Assembly: GCA_903827265.1 (NCBI GenBank)
Contig: CAIKHN010000004.1
Coordinates: 104,067-168,066, forward strand
Length of the DNA stretch: 64,000 nucleotides
Direction: 5' to 3'
Origin: Candidatus Uhrbacteria bacterium
GTDB lineage: Bacteria; Patescibacteriota; Patescibacteriia; UBA9934
Shown here: positions 50,841 to 60,477 of the stretch, in pieces
Numbering within the stretch: position 1 is the first letter of the stretch
Layout of the letters: every line of letters starts with the position of its first letter
Position numbers and translations under genes: made by a program
Notes under the pieces: generated by a model
The model's database searches: none
Told to the model about the DNA's origin: nothing
What the model saw: only the letters and a program-made list of their open reading frames with translations

Positions 50841-52222
50841 CGAATATATTCCAATGGATTGCGATAATCGCGGGAACCTTTTGAGCCAATAACTTCAAAG
50901 TGCAAATGTGTTCCCGTTGAGTTTCCTGTTGATCCGCAGCGGCCAATTGGGGTTCCCGCTGTCACCTGCTGACCAGCCTTCACATAAATAGCGTGATTGT
51001 GTCCGTAACGCGTTGAAAGGCCATTGCCGTGATCGATAATGACAAGGTTTCCGTATCCACCACCCGGACCAGTAAATCGCGGTCCAGCGAACGTCACAAT
51101 GCCGTCTGCTGCCGCATAGTTATCGTCAGTCGACGTTCCGTCGGCGTGCCCATTACAATCGATATCAACGCCAGTGTGGAACCAACTCAATCCGCGAATA
51201 ATTGTGTGACCATCTGATGGCCAGATCATGCGAGAGCTTCCCGAAACCGCAGTGCCGGTCTTTTTTGGCGCGGGCGCAAAAATCGACGCAACCGATGTTG
51301 CTCGCTTAATTGGTGCAGGAGTCGGCGGCGTTCCTCCAGGAATTAATAACTTCTGTCCAACAGCGATCGCACTTGAATCCGCAAGCTTGTTCGTGCTCAA
51401 AATACTCGTCGCGTCACTGTTATACGTCGTCGCAATCTTCAGAAGTGTATCGCCGCTCTTCACCGTGTGCACCACGCCAGACACCGGAAGAATGGTTAAT
51501 GATTGGCCGAGCTTTAACACGCTTCGCACGCTCAAATTATTTGCCCAAAGAATGGTATTTGTTGAAATACCGAATCGTGCCGCAATCGTTGAAATAGTGT
51601 CTCCTTCTGCAACCGTGTATGTTTCGATTCCGTCACGCGGAGCCACGCTTGCACTTGACCCAGAAAGAATCGGTACCGCAAGCGCGCCGCCCCCAGCAAG
51701 CGACGTAGTATTCACCAGAGCAGAATCTTGTCCGTCCGTTGCTCCAAGCGCTGGAGACAACGATGCCTGAGAAAGGTAGCTTGCTGCATCTCCTCGAAGC
51801 GCAGCAACGTCCATGTCTGCGTATTCCTCAACAACTGGAGACTCTTCCTGAGTAATCACCGCGTATGCCAAGCTCTTATTAAAGGCATCGAGCGTTTCAG
51901 CTCGAACAGTATCCATGCTTAAGTTAATAACCCCGGTGCCAGCAACGACCGAGAGAATGGCGACATGCATCATGGCACGGTTCGTCACGAAAAACATAAA
52001 ACGGCTTTTCGCGGGCCGATACCAATGCGTTAATTTCCGACGCGATGCAAATCCTGCGCGATACAGCGGAACAAAAAGAAGTGACAGCGTCCACTTTACC
52101 AATGGACGAGCCGCCACTCCAATCATTCGAGCTACACGAAAGCAGAGCGCCTTCGCCGCCAATATGCAGCGAACGAGAAAAAGTCCAAAACGTACAACGA
52201 TGCGAGAAAGGGGGGTACTCAC
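50837..52222 (-). CDS. LysM + M23 peptidase domain protein
   Basis: Two LysM repeats (YTVAEGDTIS, HTVKSGDTL); HTGVD; HLHFE. Confidence 0.93.
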   Translation of the reverse strand: MSTPLSRIVVRFGLFLVRCILAAKALCFRVARMIGVAARPLVKWTLSLLFVPLYRAGFASRRKLTHWYRPAKSRFMFFVTNRAMMHVAILSVVAGTGVINLSMDTVRAETLDAFNKSLAYAVITQEESPVVEEYADMDVAALRGDAASYLSQASLSPALGATDGQDSALVNTTSLAGGGALAVPILSGSSASVAPRDGIETYTVAEGDTISTIAARFGISTNTILWANNLSVRSVLKLGQSLTILPVSGVVHTVKSGDTLLKIATTYNSDATSILSTNKLADSSAIAVGQKLLIPGGTPPTPAPIKRATSVASIFAPAPKKTGTAVSGSSRMIWPSDGHTIIRGLSWFHTGVDIDCNGHADGTSTDDNYAAADGIVTFAGPRFTGPGGGYGNLVIIDHGNGLSTRYGHNHAIYVKAGQQVTAGTPIGRCGSTGNSTGTHLHFEVIGSKGSRDYRNPLEYIR

Positions 52223-52298
52223 AGTATCTGCATTATACCAATTTCCCGGGACTCTATCAATGAAATGCCCACATTATTGGCTAAGGTTCGCTTCTTTA

Positions 52299-52326
52299 TT
52301 GACGTTTTTACCCCCAAGGCTATACT
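52299..52326 (+). promoter_or_regulatory. sigma70-type promoter of tig
   Basis: TTGACG...TATACT. Confidence 0.6.
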
Positions 52327-52352
52327 ATGCGCACTTCATTTGATGTCCCCCT

Positions 52353-53642
52353 ATGTCGCACACCATCGAACACGTTGCCGATAACCAAATTAAAATCTCC
52401 GTCGTTGTCCCAAAGGATAAAGTCCTTGCCGCGATGCACGTTGCCGCAGACGAGCTGTCTCGCGTCATGAACATTCCAGGGTTCCGCCCAGGTGCCGCAA
52501 GCTACGACGTCGTAAAACAGCGTGTCGGCGAAATGAAAATCCTTGAAGAAGCCGCTGAAGAACTTATCCGCGCATCACTTGCGTCGGCGCTCATTGAGGA
52601 AGATTTGGATATTGTTGGCGCGCCGCACTTTACGATGGACGTCATGATTCCTGGCGAGGATCTTATCTACAGCGCAGACATCGCGCTCATGCCAAAGGTA
52701 AAGAAGCTTGCGGACTACACTGCACTGTCTGTTGAACGAAAGCCAACCGAACCAACACCAGAAATCATCGAAACTGCAAAAAAGGATTTGGCTCGAATGC
52801 AAACAAAAGAAACACGCGCAGTGGCCGGAAAGAAACTCGAACAAGGCGACAAAGCCGTCGTGAACCTCACCATGAAAAAGGACGGCGTAGTCCTTGAGGG
52901 CGGCGAGAGCCAAAACCATGGCGTGTATACCAGCGAGGCTCATTACATCGACGGCTTCGTCACTCAAATTCTCGGCATGGCGGAAGGCGACGAAAAAACT
53001 TTCACGCTGAAATTCCCAAAGGATCACTATCAAAAGCATCTCGCAGACAATGATGTTGATTTTTCTGTCCGTATTAACGAAATCTTCACCATCGAAACGC
53101 CGGAGATCGACGAAGAGTTCGCAAAACGTCTCGGTTTTGAAAATGCAGCAATGCTCGAGGAGAAACTCGTGGAGAATCTTGCCGCAGAAAGCGTTGTCGA
53201 GGAACGTCGGCGACAGGAACGTGAGTGCCTCGATCTTCTCGCGCAGAAATCTGAGTTCGACGTGATTCCAGACATTCTCGTTAATCAAGAACTCGAGCGC
53301 ATGATTCGCGAGCTTGAGCACTCGGTTGGTGAAAACGGAATGGAATTGAAGGACTACTTAAAATCCATCGGTAAAACGATCGCAGAAACCAAGCTCGATT
53401 TCACTCCAACGGCGCTCACCCGCGTGAAAGTCGCGCTCATCATTCGCGAAATCGGCAAGAAAGAGAATATCGACGTTAATGCAAAGGCCGTCGATGCCGA
53501 GCTCGACGTGATTGCCGACCGCCTTGGCGACGACAACGAGAATCGTGCCCGCGTGTACGAACCAGAATATCGCGACTTCGTCGAATCCCAAATGCGCAAC
53601 CGCGCCGTTGTCGATCACATCATGTCTGCAATGGTGAAGTAA
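52353..53642 (+). CDS. tig: Trigger factor
   Basis: IPGFRPG signature; FKBP-like domain (FPKDY). Confidence 0.95.
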   Translation: MSHTIEHVADNQIKISVVVPKDKVLAAMHVAADELSRVMNIPGFRPGAASYDVVKQRVGEMKILEEAAEELIRASLASALIEEDLDIVGAPHFTMDVMIPGEDLIYSADIALMPKVKKLADYTALSVERKPTEPTPEIIETAKKDLARMQTKETRAVAGKKLEQGDKAVVNLTMKKDGVVLEGGESQNHGVYTSEAHYIDGFVTQILGMAEGDEKTFTLKFPKDHYQKHLADNDVDFSVRINEIFTIETPEIDEEFAKRLGFENAAMLEEKLVENLAAESVVEERRRQERECLDLLAQKSEFDVIPDILVNQELERMIRELEHSVGENGMELKDYLKSIGKTIAETKLDFTPTALTRVKVALIIREIGKKENIDVNAKAVDAELDVIADRLGDDNENRARVYEPEYRDFVESQMRNRAVVDHIMSAMVK

Positions 53643-53682
53643 TTCACACAAAAACGAGATCGACATGATCTCGTTTTTGATT

Positions 53683-54585
53683 TCATCGATAGACCCTCTT
53701 CCGACCGCGCCCAGCCACCAGATTCGTATACTTTCGAAACTCACATCCAATGCCTTCCCAATTCTCTACTGACAATCGAAGCGGCACACCGTCGATCGTG
53801 ATTCCTGAATGAAATGGGATCGTAGAGAGCCTCATGGCGAGATCGACTGGATCCACAGCGCGGTCGATCATCCGCATCGTCGGCATCGATCCTGGGCCAA
53901 TAGGGAAGGCGGCAAAGAGATCTATACGATCAGGATACTGATACGCAACATCGATAAGAACTTCAGTCCAAAGAAAATTCAAATTGAATCCAAACAACGG
54001 AAGAATCTTCGCCACACCATCAATCACAGATATCGATTCCCACGTTTCGATCTCACTGACGATCTTTCGCATGATCGACGGCAGATATTCGCATATAAAC
54101 TTCTCCCGATTCGGTGTCGCGCTCTTTTGTATCGTCGAGATCGGAAATACGTACGGCGTGCCGTATCGAGGCCTCGACGATGACATGAGTCGATCGTAGA
54201 GCTCGCGATTCTTTTCAAGATCGAATGATAATAATCCAACGTTCTCAATCGTTTCCGGTCGCGCAACCATGCGGCAATAAAACATGTTCAACAGCCACAG
54301 CGCAAAATCATCGCGCAGCGGATTAAGCATCGTATGAATCGCGATCGTCTGTTTGTCGAACTCCCGAAATATATTGCAGAAACGATACTTCTGCAAAATC
54401 GGATCCTCCGTGTACGGCATCGGGTCATTCAAAACTTTCTTTTGCCAAATCGATAATCGCTCTTGCGCGAAATCACAAATCTCTTTCACGATCGGCGAGT
54501 CGGCGAGATGAGACCCTTGCTCAACCACACCAACATGGCGAGGCCAATGGCGATATAAGTCGCGAATATATTTTGGAAGTTCCAT
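53683..54585 (-). CDS. aG/PT-PPlase clade 1 / 5hmdU DNA kinase helical-domain-like protein
   Basis: ER.SIW.K...PYTEDPILQKYRFCNIFREFD, GPGS, C-terminal EGIGCEFRKY (family recognised from memory). Confidence 0.7.
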   Translation of the reverse strand: MELPKYIRDLYRHWPRHVGVVEQGSHLADSPIVKEICDFAQERLSIWQKKVLNDPMPYTEDPILQKYRFCNIFREFDKQTIAIHTMLNPLRDDFALWLLNMFYCRMVARPETIENVGLLSFDLEKNRELYDRLMSSSRPRYGTPYVFPISTIQKSATPNREKFICEYLPSIMRKIVSEIETWESISVIDGVAKILPLFGFNLNFLWTEVLIDVAYQYPDRIDLFAAFPIGPGSMPTMRMIDRAVDPVDLAMRLSTIPFHSGITIDGVPLRLSVENWEGIGCEFRKYTNLVAGRGRKRVYR

Positions 54586-54669
54586 AAATTCGGCGTGCTC
54601 CGAACGATTCATCACCATTTTTACACATCGCCCGCATTCGCGATACTGGTAGGATCTCCGTATCACAAC

Positions 54670-54694
54670 TTGAGGTCACAAATTGTGACCTCAA
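54670..54694. promoter_or_regulatory. Perfect 25-bp palindrome (operator-like) in the divergent intergenic region
   Basis: TTGAGGTCACAA-A-TTGTGACCTCAA. Confidence 0.7.
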
Positions 54695-54719
54695 AATTCT
54701 TATTTCGAATACAAACTCT

Positions 54720-55228
54720 ATGTCCTTATCTCTACCCGCCGAAGTTATCGAAAATCGAATTTATGTTTTTCGTGGCCAGAAGGTAATGCTCGATCGCGAT
54801 TTAGCAAAACTATACGAAGTCGAAATTCGATCACTAAACCAATCCGTCCGAAGAAATATTAAACGCTTTCCGCAAGATTTTTGTTTTCAACTCACCAAAG
54901 AAGAATGGGCGTCTTTAAAATCACAATTTGTGATCTTAAAACCCGGACGCGGCGGAAAAGGATTTCGCCCTCTCGCCTTTACGGAGCCAGGGATCGCTAT
55001 GCTTTCAAGCGTACTCAAAAGCGACCGAGCCATCGCAATCAACATTCAAATCATCCGCACATTCATCTCTCTCCGCGACATGGCGCTTGAGCATTCCGAT
55101 CTCCGATTACGAATCGACTTTCTGGAAAAAAATACGACGAACAATTCAAAATCGTGTTTGATGCATTACGACAAACGATTGATGACGATTCGAAGAAGGG
55201 CGAGATTGGATTCAAAGAAAAGAAATAG
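54720..55228 (+). CDS. ORF6N-domain DNA-binding protein, frameshifted at an A7 run (55126-55132)
   Basis: RIYVFRGQKVMLDRDLAKLYEV, RNIKRFP.DF.FQLT, AFTEPGIAMLSSVL; typical tail KYDEQFKIVFDALRQ...IGF lies in the -1 frame. Confidence 0.85.
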
Positions 55229-55243
55229 GTACACTTTCTCTAT

Positions 55244-56101
55244 ATGCGATTTGGAGCTCATGTATCGGCAGCGGGAGGATTGTGGAAGGCAGGGCCAGCG
55301 GGGAAGGAACTTGGATGCGAGGTGATCCAAATCTTTTCTCGTTCTCCGCAAATGTTCGCGGCGAAACCGATAAGTGATGAGGATGCGGCGAAGTTTCGGG
55401 AGTCGATGAAAGAGAATGATATTAAGGACATCTACATTCACGCGCCGTACATCGTAAACCTCGCATCGGCGAAAAACACCACGCGCTTCGGATCGGTAAA
55501 GATTCTTCGCGAGGAACTCGATCGTGGAACTCAGCTTGGCGCAAAAGCGATCATGTTTCATCCGGGATCAGCAAAAGAAGTTGGGCAAGAGGCCGGAGTC
55601 GAAGCCGTTATTAAGGGCCTTGATCGAATCCTGGATGGATACGAGGGATCATGTCAGCTCCTCATCGAAATCTCGGCTGGCGCTGGCGCAGTGATGGGAG
55701 ATGAGTTCGAGGAAATCGCACAGTTTATCGACGGCGCAAAGCGTGGAAAGGAAATTGGCGTGTGTTTTGATACGCAACACGCGTTTGCGTCGGGATACGA
55801 TTTGCGGACAAAAGAAGCGGTCGATCAAACATTTGAGGACTTTGATCGCATCATCGGCCTCAACAAGTTGGTCGCGTCGCACTGTAACGACAGCAAAATC
55901 GAATTCGATGGCCACAAAGATCGCCACCAACACCTCGGCCACGGCTTCATCGGCGCCGATGCCTTCAAATACATCGTCCAACATCCAAAACTCCAGCACA
56001 TCGACCTCATCCTCGAAACGCCGTTTGATGGAGAGGAGGAGAAGGGAAGCCGCGAAGAAGACCTCGCACTGTTAAAGAAGTTTCGAAAGGGGATGAAATA
56101 A
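55244..56101 (+). CDS. nfo: Endonuclease IV
   Basis: [43 protein letters not shown]. Confidence 0.96.
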   Translation: MRFGAHVSAAGGLWKAGPAGKELGCEVIQIFSRSPQMFAAKPISDEDAAKFRESMKENDIKDIYIHAPYIVNLASAKNTTRFGSVKILREELDRGTQLGAKAIMFHPGSAKEVGQEAGVEAVIKGLDRILDGYEGSCQLLIEISAGAGAVMGDEFEEIAQFIDGAKRGKEIGVCFDTQHAFASGYDLRTKEAVDQTFEDFDRIIGLNKLVASHCNDSKIEFDGHKDRHQHLGHGFIGADAFKYIVQHPKLQHIDLILETPFDGEEEKGSREEDLALLKKFRKGMK

Positions 56102-56105
56102 ATTT

Positions 56106-56336
56106 GTGAAGTTTTCGGTCGCTGTAAAGCCAAACTCGAGGAAGTCTGAAATCGAAGAGCTCGGTGACGGCTCATTTGTCGTTCAGCTGAAATCGGCACC
56201 GGTCGATGGAAAGGCGAATGAGGAGCTTATTCGACTGCTTTCGAAACATTTTCGCGTCCCGCAAAAATCAATCGTCATCAAACAGGGGAGTAGTGGGAAG
56301 AAAAAACTCATCGAAATCCTTGGAATCGATTCGTAA
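56106..56336 (+). CDS. DUF167 (YggU/UPF0235) protein
   Basis: VKPNSRK...[12 protein letters not shown]...G.SGKKK. Confidence 0.9.
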   Translation: MKFSVAVKPNSRKSEIEELGDGSFVVQLKSAPVDGKANEELIRLLSKHFRVPQKSIVIKQGSSGKKKLIEILGIDS

Positions 56337-56338
56337 TG

Positions 56339-56587
56339 CTACGGATTATCGATTCCGCCTTCGGTCCATGGATGACATCGGAGAATACGGAGCGTGCCCT
56401 TTGTAATACCGACTGCAACGCCGTCTTTGAGAATCGACTGACGGCAGTACTCCGAACACGAAGGGTAGAACGGGCAAAAGCCCGATGGATACATTACCTT
56501 CATTGGCCCATGATCGAATGAGAGCGTACGCTGGTAGAGAATGATCGGCGCCGTTGCAATTCGGCGAATGGCTGTTCGCGCGTTCAT
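56339..56587 (-). CDS. yidD: Membrane protein insertion efficiency factor
   Basis: CPFYPSCSEY, RILRCHPW..GGID. Confidence 0.95.
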   Translation of the reverse strand: MNARTAIRRIATAPIILYQRTLSFDHGPMKVMYPSGFCPFYPSCSEYCRQSILKDGVAVGITKGTLRILRCHPWTEGGIDNP

Positions 56588-56922
56588 AATAGTTTTGCTC
56601 GATGCAATGTGCTGCGAAGTTTTGCTTCCTTCTGATGATAATCGAGTTCGAGCGCAGGCTTCGCTGTTAAAAGAATCACATCGAACCCAGGTTTAATTTC
56701 TTTCATCATCGATCGAACAATCTCGCGGTACTGTCGACGAATGCGATTCCGATCAACGGCCTTCTTGCTCACCTTAGTTCCAACGACTACAGCAAAACGA
56801 GAGGCAACAAGGCCATTCTTCACTACCTTCACGCCGCACGCCGTATCAAAAGCACCGGCCTTGGACTTCAAGGTTTTCGCAATATCTTTTTCATGTCGTA
56901 ACCGGAAATCTTTCGCGAGCAT
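56584..56922 (-). CDS. rnpA: RNase P protein component
   Basis: RFAVVVGTKVSKKAVDRNRIRR. Confidence 0.95.
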   Translation of the reverse strand: MLAKDFRLRHEKDIAKTLKSKAGAFDTACGVKVVKNGLVASRFAVVVGTKVSKKAVDRNRIRRQYREIVRSMMKEIKPGFDVILLTAKPALELDYHQKEAKLRSTLHRAKLL

Positions 56923-56974
56923 ACGAGAATGATATCAAAAGTCGGCTCTGGAAGCCGACTTTTGTTTCTACCTA

Positions 56975-57127
56975 TTAACGGGGGCGGGCGGTCACGGTGA
57001 GGCGCTTTCGGCCCTTAGCTCGGCGTCGTTTTAAAACGATCTTTCCGTCCTTGGACTTCATTCGCTTCCGAAATCCGTGCACTTTCGCGCGCTGCCGCTT
57101 TTTCGGCTGATACGTTCGCTTAGGCAT
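56975..57127 (-). CDS. rpmH: 50S ribosomal protein L34
   Basis: [23 protein letters not shown]...[10 protein letters not shown]. Confidence 0.98.
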   Translation of the reverse strand: MPKRTYQPKKRQRAKVHGFRKRMKSKDGKIVLKRRRAKGRKRLTVTARPR

Positions 57128-57180
57128 AAGTGGCAAGACTTTACGCCCGCAAGCATACCATGTCAATAAAATTCGTGTAT

Positions 57181-57375
57181 TGGCGGCAATTCAACGGGTG
57201 AGCCGATTATCGCAAGCGCCAGTGACGAGGGTATATGTTTCGCAACGAGCGCACAGATGGCACAGCCGTAGTCGAGCGATAGCGAGACGTCACGGCGTAG
57301 CGTCGCCGCGCGGTAGTGAAGAAACATATACCCGAGTCACCAGCGAGCGAGGTAGGGCTCCTTGAATTGCCGCCA
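57181..57375 (+). mobile_element. MITE/REPIN-like 195-bp fold-back element
   Basis: Perfect 14-bp terminal inverted repeats TGGCGGCAATTCAA; internal GTGAC-GA-GGGTATATGTTTC / GAAACATATACCC-GA-GTCAC. Confidence 0.6.
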
Positions 57376-57421
57376 TCCACACGGCGTCGCAAAATCTTTT
57401 CTTTCAAATTTCCACGAAAAA

Positions 57422-57518
57422 TGTGCATAACATTGTCACTTGTCCCCATATTTTACACACTTATCCACAAAATCATCCACTTCTAGCCAAAATGTCATCC
57501 TTTCAACCCTGTGGATAG
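57422..57518. promoter_or_regulatory. DnaA-box cluster upstream of dnaA (left part of oriC / autoregulation)
   Basis: TGTGCATAA 57422, TTTTACACA 57451, TTATCCACA 57461, TCATCCACT 57473, TGTGGATAG 57510. Confidence 0.85.
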
Positions 57519-57589
57519 TTGGCTATGATGCCTCCGAAGTTCACGTTCCTCAACGAATCCCTAAGCCCATCACCACCTGCCGCACATCT

Positions 57590-58978
57590 ATGAATACACA
57601 CGAGCTTTGGGAGGCAGTTTTGGGGGAAATGGAGCTTAAAGTGAGCAAAGCACACTTTACGACATGGTTCCGAAAGACGTTTGTTAGCGATTATCGCAAC
57701 GGCGAGGTCGTTATCGGCGTTCCAAACACCATTACACAACAGTGGATTAGCAAAAAGCACCACCGAGATATTCTCGAAACTATCCAGGGAATCACCAATC
57801 AGGCCGTTCGAAGCCTCACCTACCGAATCGCAACCCGGACTGAAGCTCCACAGCCACTTGTTCTTGAGGAAAAGAAGCCAGCACCAACCCGCGAAACAAC
57901 AGAAGACTACGGATTTGTCGCAACAGGAAGCGCTGAAACTGGAGGAACCGGAACGATCACCGTTAATCCACAATACACATTCCAAACATTCGTCGTTGGA
58001 AAACAAAACGAACTCGCCCATGCCGCGGCACAAGCCGTTGCTGCACAGCCGGGTGGCGCATATAACCCACTCTTCATTTACGGAGGAGTTGGACTTGGAA
58101 AGACGCACTTGCTCCACGCGATCGCCAATGAAATGCGTCGCAGAAATCCAAACGTTCGCATTCTTTACGTCACTTGTGAGCGTTTTACGAACGACTTCAT
58201 TAATGCGATCCGTTCAGGTAAAGGAAAGGAATTCAAGGATCGCTATCGCAACGTCGATCTTCTCCTTATTGACGACATCCAATTCATCACTGGAAAAGAA
58301 GGAACACAAGAGGAATTCTTCCACACATTCAACGCACTTCATCAGGAACAGCGCCAAATCGTTATCTCTTCGGATCGTCCGCCAAAATCAATTACCAGCC
58401 TTGAAAAACGTCTGCAGTCCCGGCTTGAATGGGGAATGCTCGTTGATGTTGGCATGCCAGACCTAGAAACTCGCATCGCCATTCTTCAGCGCAAGTGTAT
58501 GGAGAAGGCATTTCCACTAGATCGAGAAATCCTGCACTACGTTGCGAGCAACATCTACTCAAACATTCGCGAGCTCGAGGGAGCGCTGAACAAGATTATC
58601 GCGATTCACCAGTTCCGCAACATTTCTCCAACACTCGAAACGGTAAAACCAATTATCGCGAGCTTCGAATCTGAAAATGTCCGCAAAACCGTGACTCCTC
58701 GCCAACTAATCCTCATCGTCTCCGAATACTTCGACATTACCGTCGAGGACATTCTTGGAAAATCCCGAGAGAAGAAGCTCGCATTCCCGCGCCAGATCAT
58801 CATGTATCTCATGCGAGAGGAAATGAAGACGTCGTATCCAGCAATCGGTGACGAGCTTGGCGGACGCGACCACACAACCGCGATGCACGCGTACGGAAAG
58901 ATTTCAGATCTTGTGAAAACCGACGAAAAGCTTCAAAAGGATCTCGAACTGATTAAACAAAAGCTGTATGCGGGATAA
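57590..58978 (+). CDS. dnaA: Chromosomal replication initiator DnaA
   Basis: NPLFIYGGVGLGKTHLL, LLIDDIQF, QEEFFHTFN, GGRDHTT. Confidence 0.99.
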   Translation: MNTHELWEAVLGEMELKVSKAHFTTWFRKTFVSDYRNGEVVIGVPNTITQQWISKKHHRDILETIQGITNQAVRSLTYRIATRTEAPQPLVLEEKKPAPTRETTEDYGFVATGSAETGGTGTITVNPQYTFQTFVVGKQNELAHAAAQAVAAQPGGAYNPLFIYGGVGLGKTHLLHAIANEMRRRNPNVRILYVTCERFTNDFINAIRSGKGKEFKDRYRNVDLLLIDDIQFITGKEGTQEEFFHTFNALHQEQRQIVISSDRPPKSITSLEKRLQSRLEWGMLVDVGMPDLETRIAILQRKCMEKAFPLDREILHYVASNIYSNIRELEGALNKIIAIHQFRNISPTLETVKPIIASFESENVRKTVTPRQLILIVSEYFDITVEDILGKSREKKLAFPRQIIMYLMREEMKTSYPAIGDELGGRDHTTAMHAYGKISDLVKTDEKLQKDLELIKQKLYAG

Positions 58979-59262
58979 CGTGGGGACAAAGAGTGACACC
59001 CCTGTGAATTGTGGAAGAACTGTGTAAAAGGCTGTGGACGGACAGGTGAAGTTCCCTGGGGAAACGGGTAGGATAACAAGGGGATGGAAATAGCAGTCAA
59101 ACGATTCCTCCAACTTATCTCCACACACCACACCGTCGTCCACACGAATCGTCCACCGAGAGAATCGGCGGATACCCACGTCAGCAGGAGCGATCTGCGA
59201 TTATCCACTTCATACACACCCCTTACTGTTACTACTGGTTCTTATAGAGATATTAATTTCCT
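58979..59262. other. oriC unwinding region (dnaA-dnaN intergenic)
   Basis: Multiple DnaA boxes (TGTGTAAAA 59021, TGTGGAAGA 59010); tandem TTATCCACT-TCATACACA (59201-59218) + CCCC + trio-like TTACTGTTACTACTG + AT-rich tract; by eye the + strand shifts from C/A-rich to G/T-rich here. Confidence 0.85.
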
Positions 59263-59266
59263 GAAT

Positions 59267-60400
59267 GTGAAGCTCTCTTGTACGCGAGAAAATTTGTACC
59301 AAGGTCTGGCAATCACCAGTCACATCTCTGGAAAGAATGCGAACCTTCCTATTTTGAATAACGTCTTGCTTCGAGCAGACGTTGGAGGAATTAAACTGAC
59401 CGCAACGAATCTTGAGCTTACTATTACATGCACCATTCGGGGGAAAGTTGATCAGCCAGGTGAATACACGCTTCCATCAAAGTTGTTTGCTGATTACGTC
59501 GCGCTGCTTCCAAACGAACGTGTCGATCTCGATCTTCTCGATCACGCCGTTTCAATTGTTTGCGAAAAGACAAAGACAAAGATTAACGGAATTCCTGCAA
59601 ACGAATTTCCACTCATTCCGCCGGTCACTGGGGGTGTACGATTCGTTGTTCCTGCTGCAGCGCTCGATGCTGCACTCGGACAGGTGCTTTTCGCTGTTGC
59701 AACAAACGAGGCGCGTCAGGCATTAACTGGTGTGTTCATGCATTTCGACGGATTGAATAAACAACTCATCCTTGCCGCGACAGATAGCTACAGACTCGGT
59801 GAGAAGACGATAGCGCTTGGTGAGACTGCTGAAGGGGAGCGGAAGGCTATTGTGCCGTCCCGAACGCTTGGAGAGCTTCGAAGAATCCTGAGCGTGCTTC
59901 GTGATAGCGTCGAGAATCCAGAAAACATCGATGTTGAACTCACGGATAGCCAGATTGTTTTCCGCTATGGCACCGTCGAGCTTTCATCGCGAACGGTTGA
60001 AGGTGTTTATCCAGACTATCGACAGATTATCCCCAAAACGTCGGCGACAGAGATAACAATTGATAAAACGGCGTTCTCTCAGGCTATTCGAAGAACGAGC
60101 CTGTTCTCGAAGGCTGGATTGTTCGACGTACGCCTCGAAGCGAATCCGGCCGAAAATACGGTGACGCTTTCCGCGGCTGATGTCGGACGGGGTGAAAATA
60201 CGGTGACCGTTGAGGGAGAGATGATTGGAAGTGTGAATTCTGCGGTATTAAACTTCCGATATCTTTTAGACGGTGTGAATGCAATGACGTCGGAAAAAAT
60301 TGTGCTGAAATTTATTGATGCTATGCAACCGTGTGTTGTCACTCCGTATAACCTTCCTGATGAGAAGTATCTCTACATCGTAATGCCAATCAGGCAGTAG
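59267..60400 (+). CDS. dnaN: DNA polymerase III beta clamp
   Basis: LPILNNVL, ATNLEL, AATDSYRL, YPDYRQIIP, YIVMPIR; GTG start. Confidence 0.98.
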   Translation: MKLSCTRENLYQGLAITSHISGKNANLPILNNVLLRADVGGIKLTATNLELTITCTIRGKVDQPGEYTLPSKLFADYVALLPNERVDLDLLDHAVSIVCEKTKTKINGIPANEFPLIPPVTGGVRFVVPAAALDAALGQVLFAVATNEARQALTGVFMHFDGLNKQLILAATDSYRLGEKTIALGETAEGERKAIVPSRTLGELRRILSVLRDSVENPENIDVELTDSQIVFRYGTVELSSRTVEGVYPDYRQIIPKTSATEITIDKTAFSQAIRRTSLFSKAGLFDVRLEANPAENTVTLSAADVGRGENTVTVEGEMIGSVNSAVLNFRYLLDGVNAMTSEKIVLKFIDAMQPCVVTPYNLPDEKYLYIVMPIRQ

Positions 60401-60433
60401 TCGTTCGATTCCGTAAGGTCTCGGCAAACAAAA

Positions 60434-60473
60434 TAAAAAATCACCTCGAGTTTAGGCTCGAGGTGATTTTTTA
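60434..60473. terminator. Bidirectional terminator between dnaN and the PBP gene
   Basis: TAAAAAATCACCTCGAG-TTTAGG-CTCGAGGTGATTTTTTA. Confidence 0.85.
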
Positions 60474-60477
60474 TACA

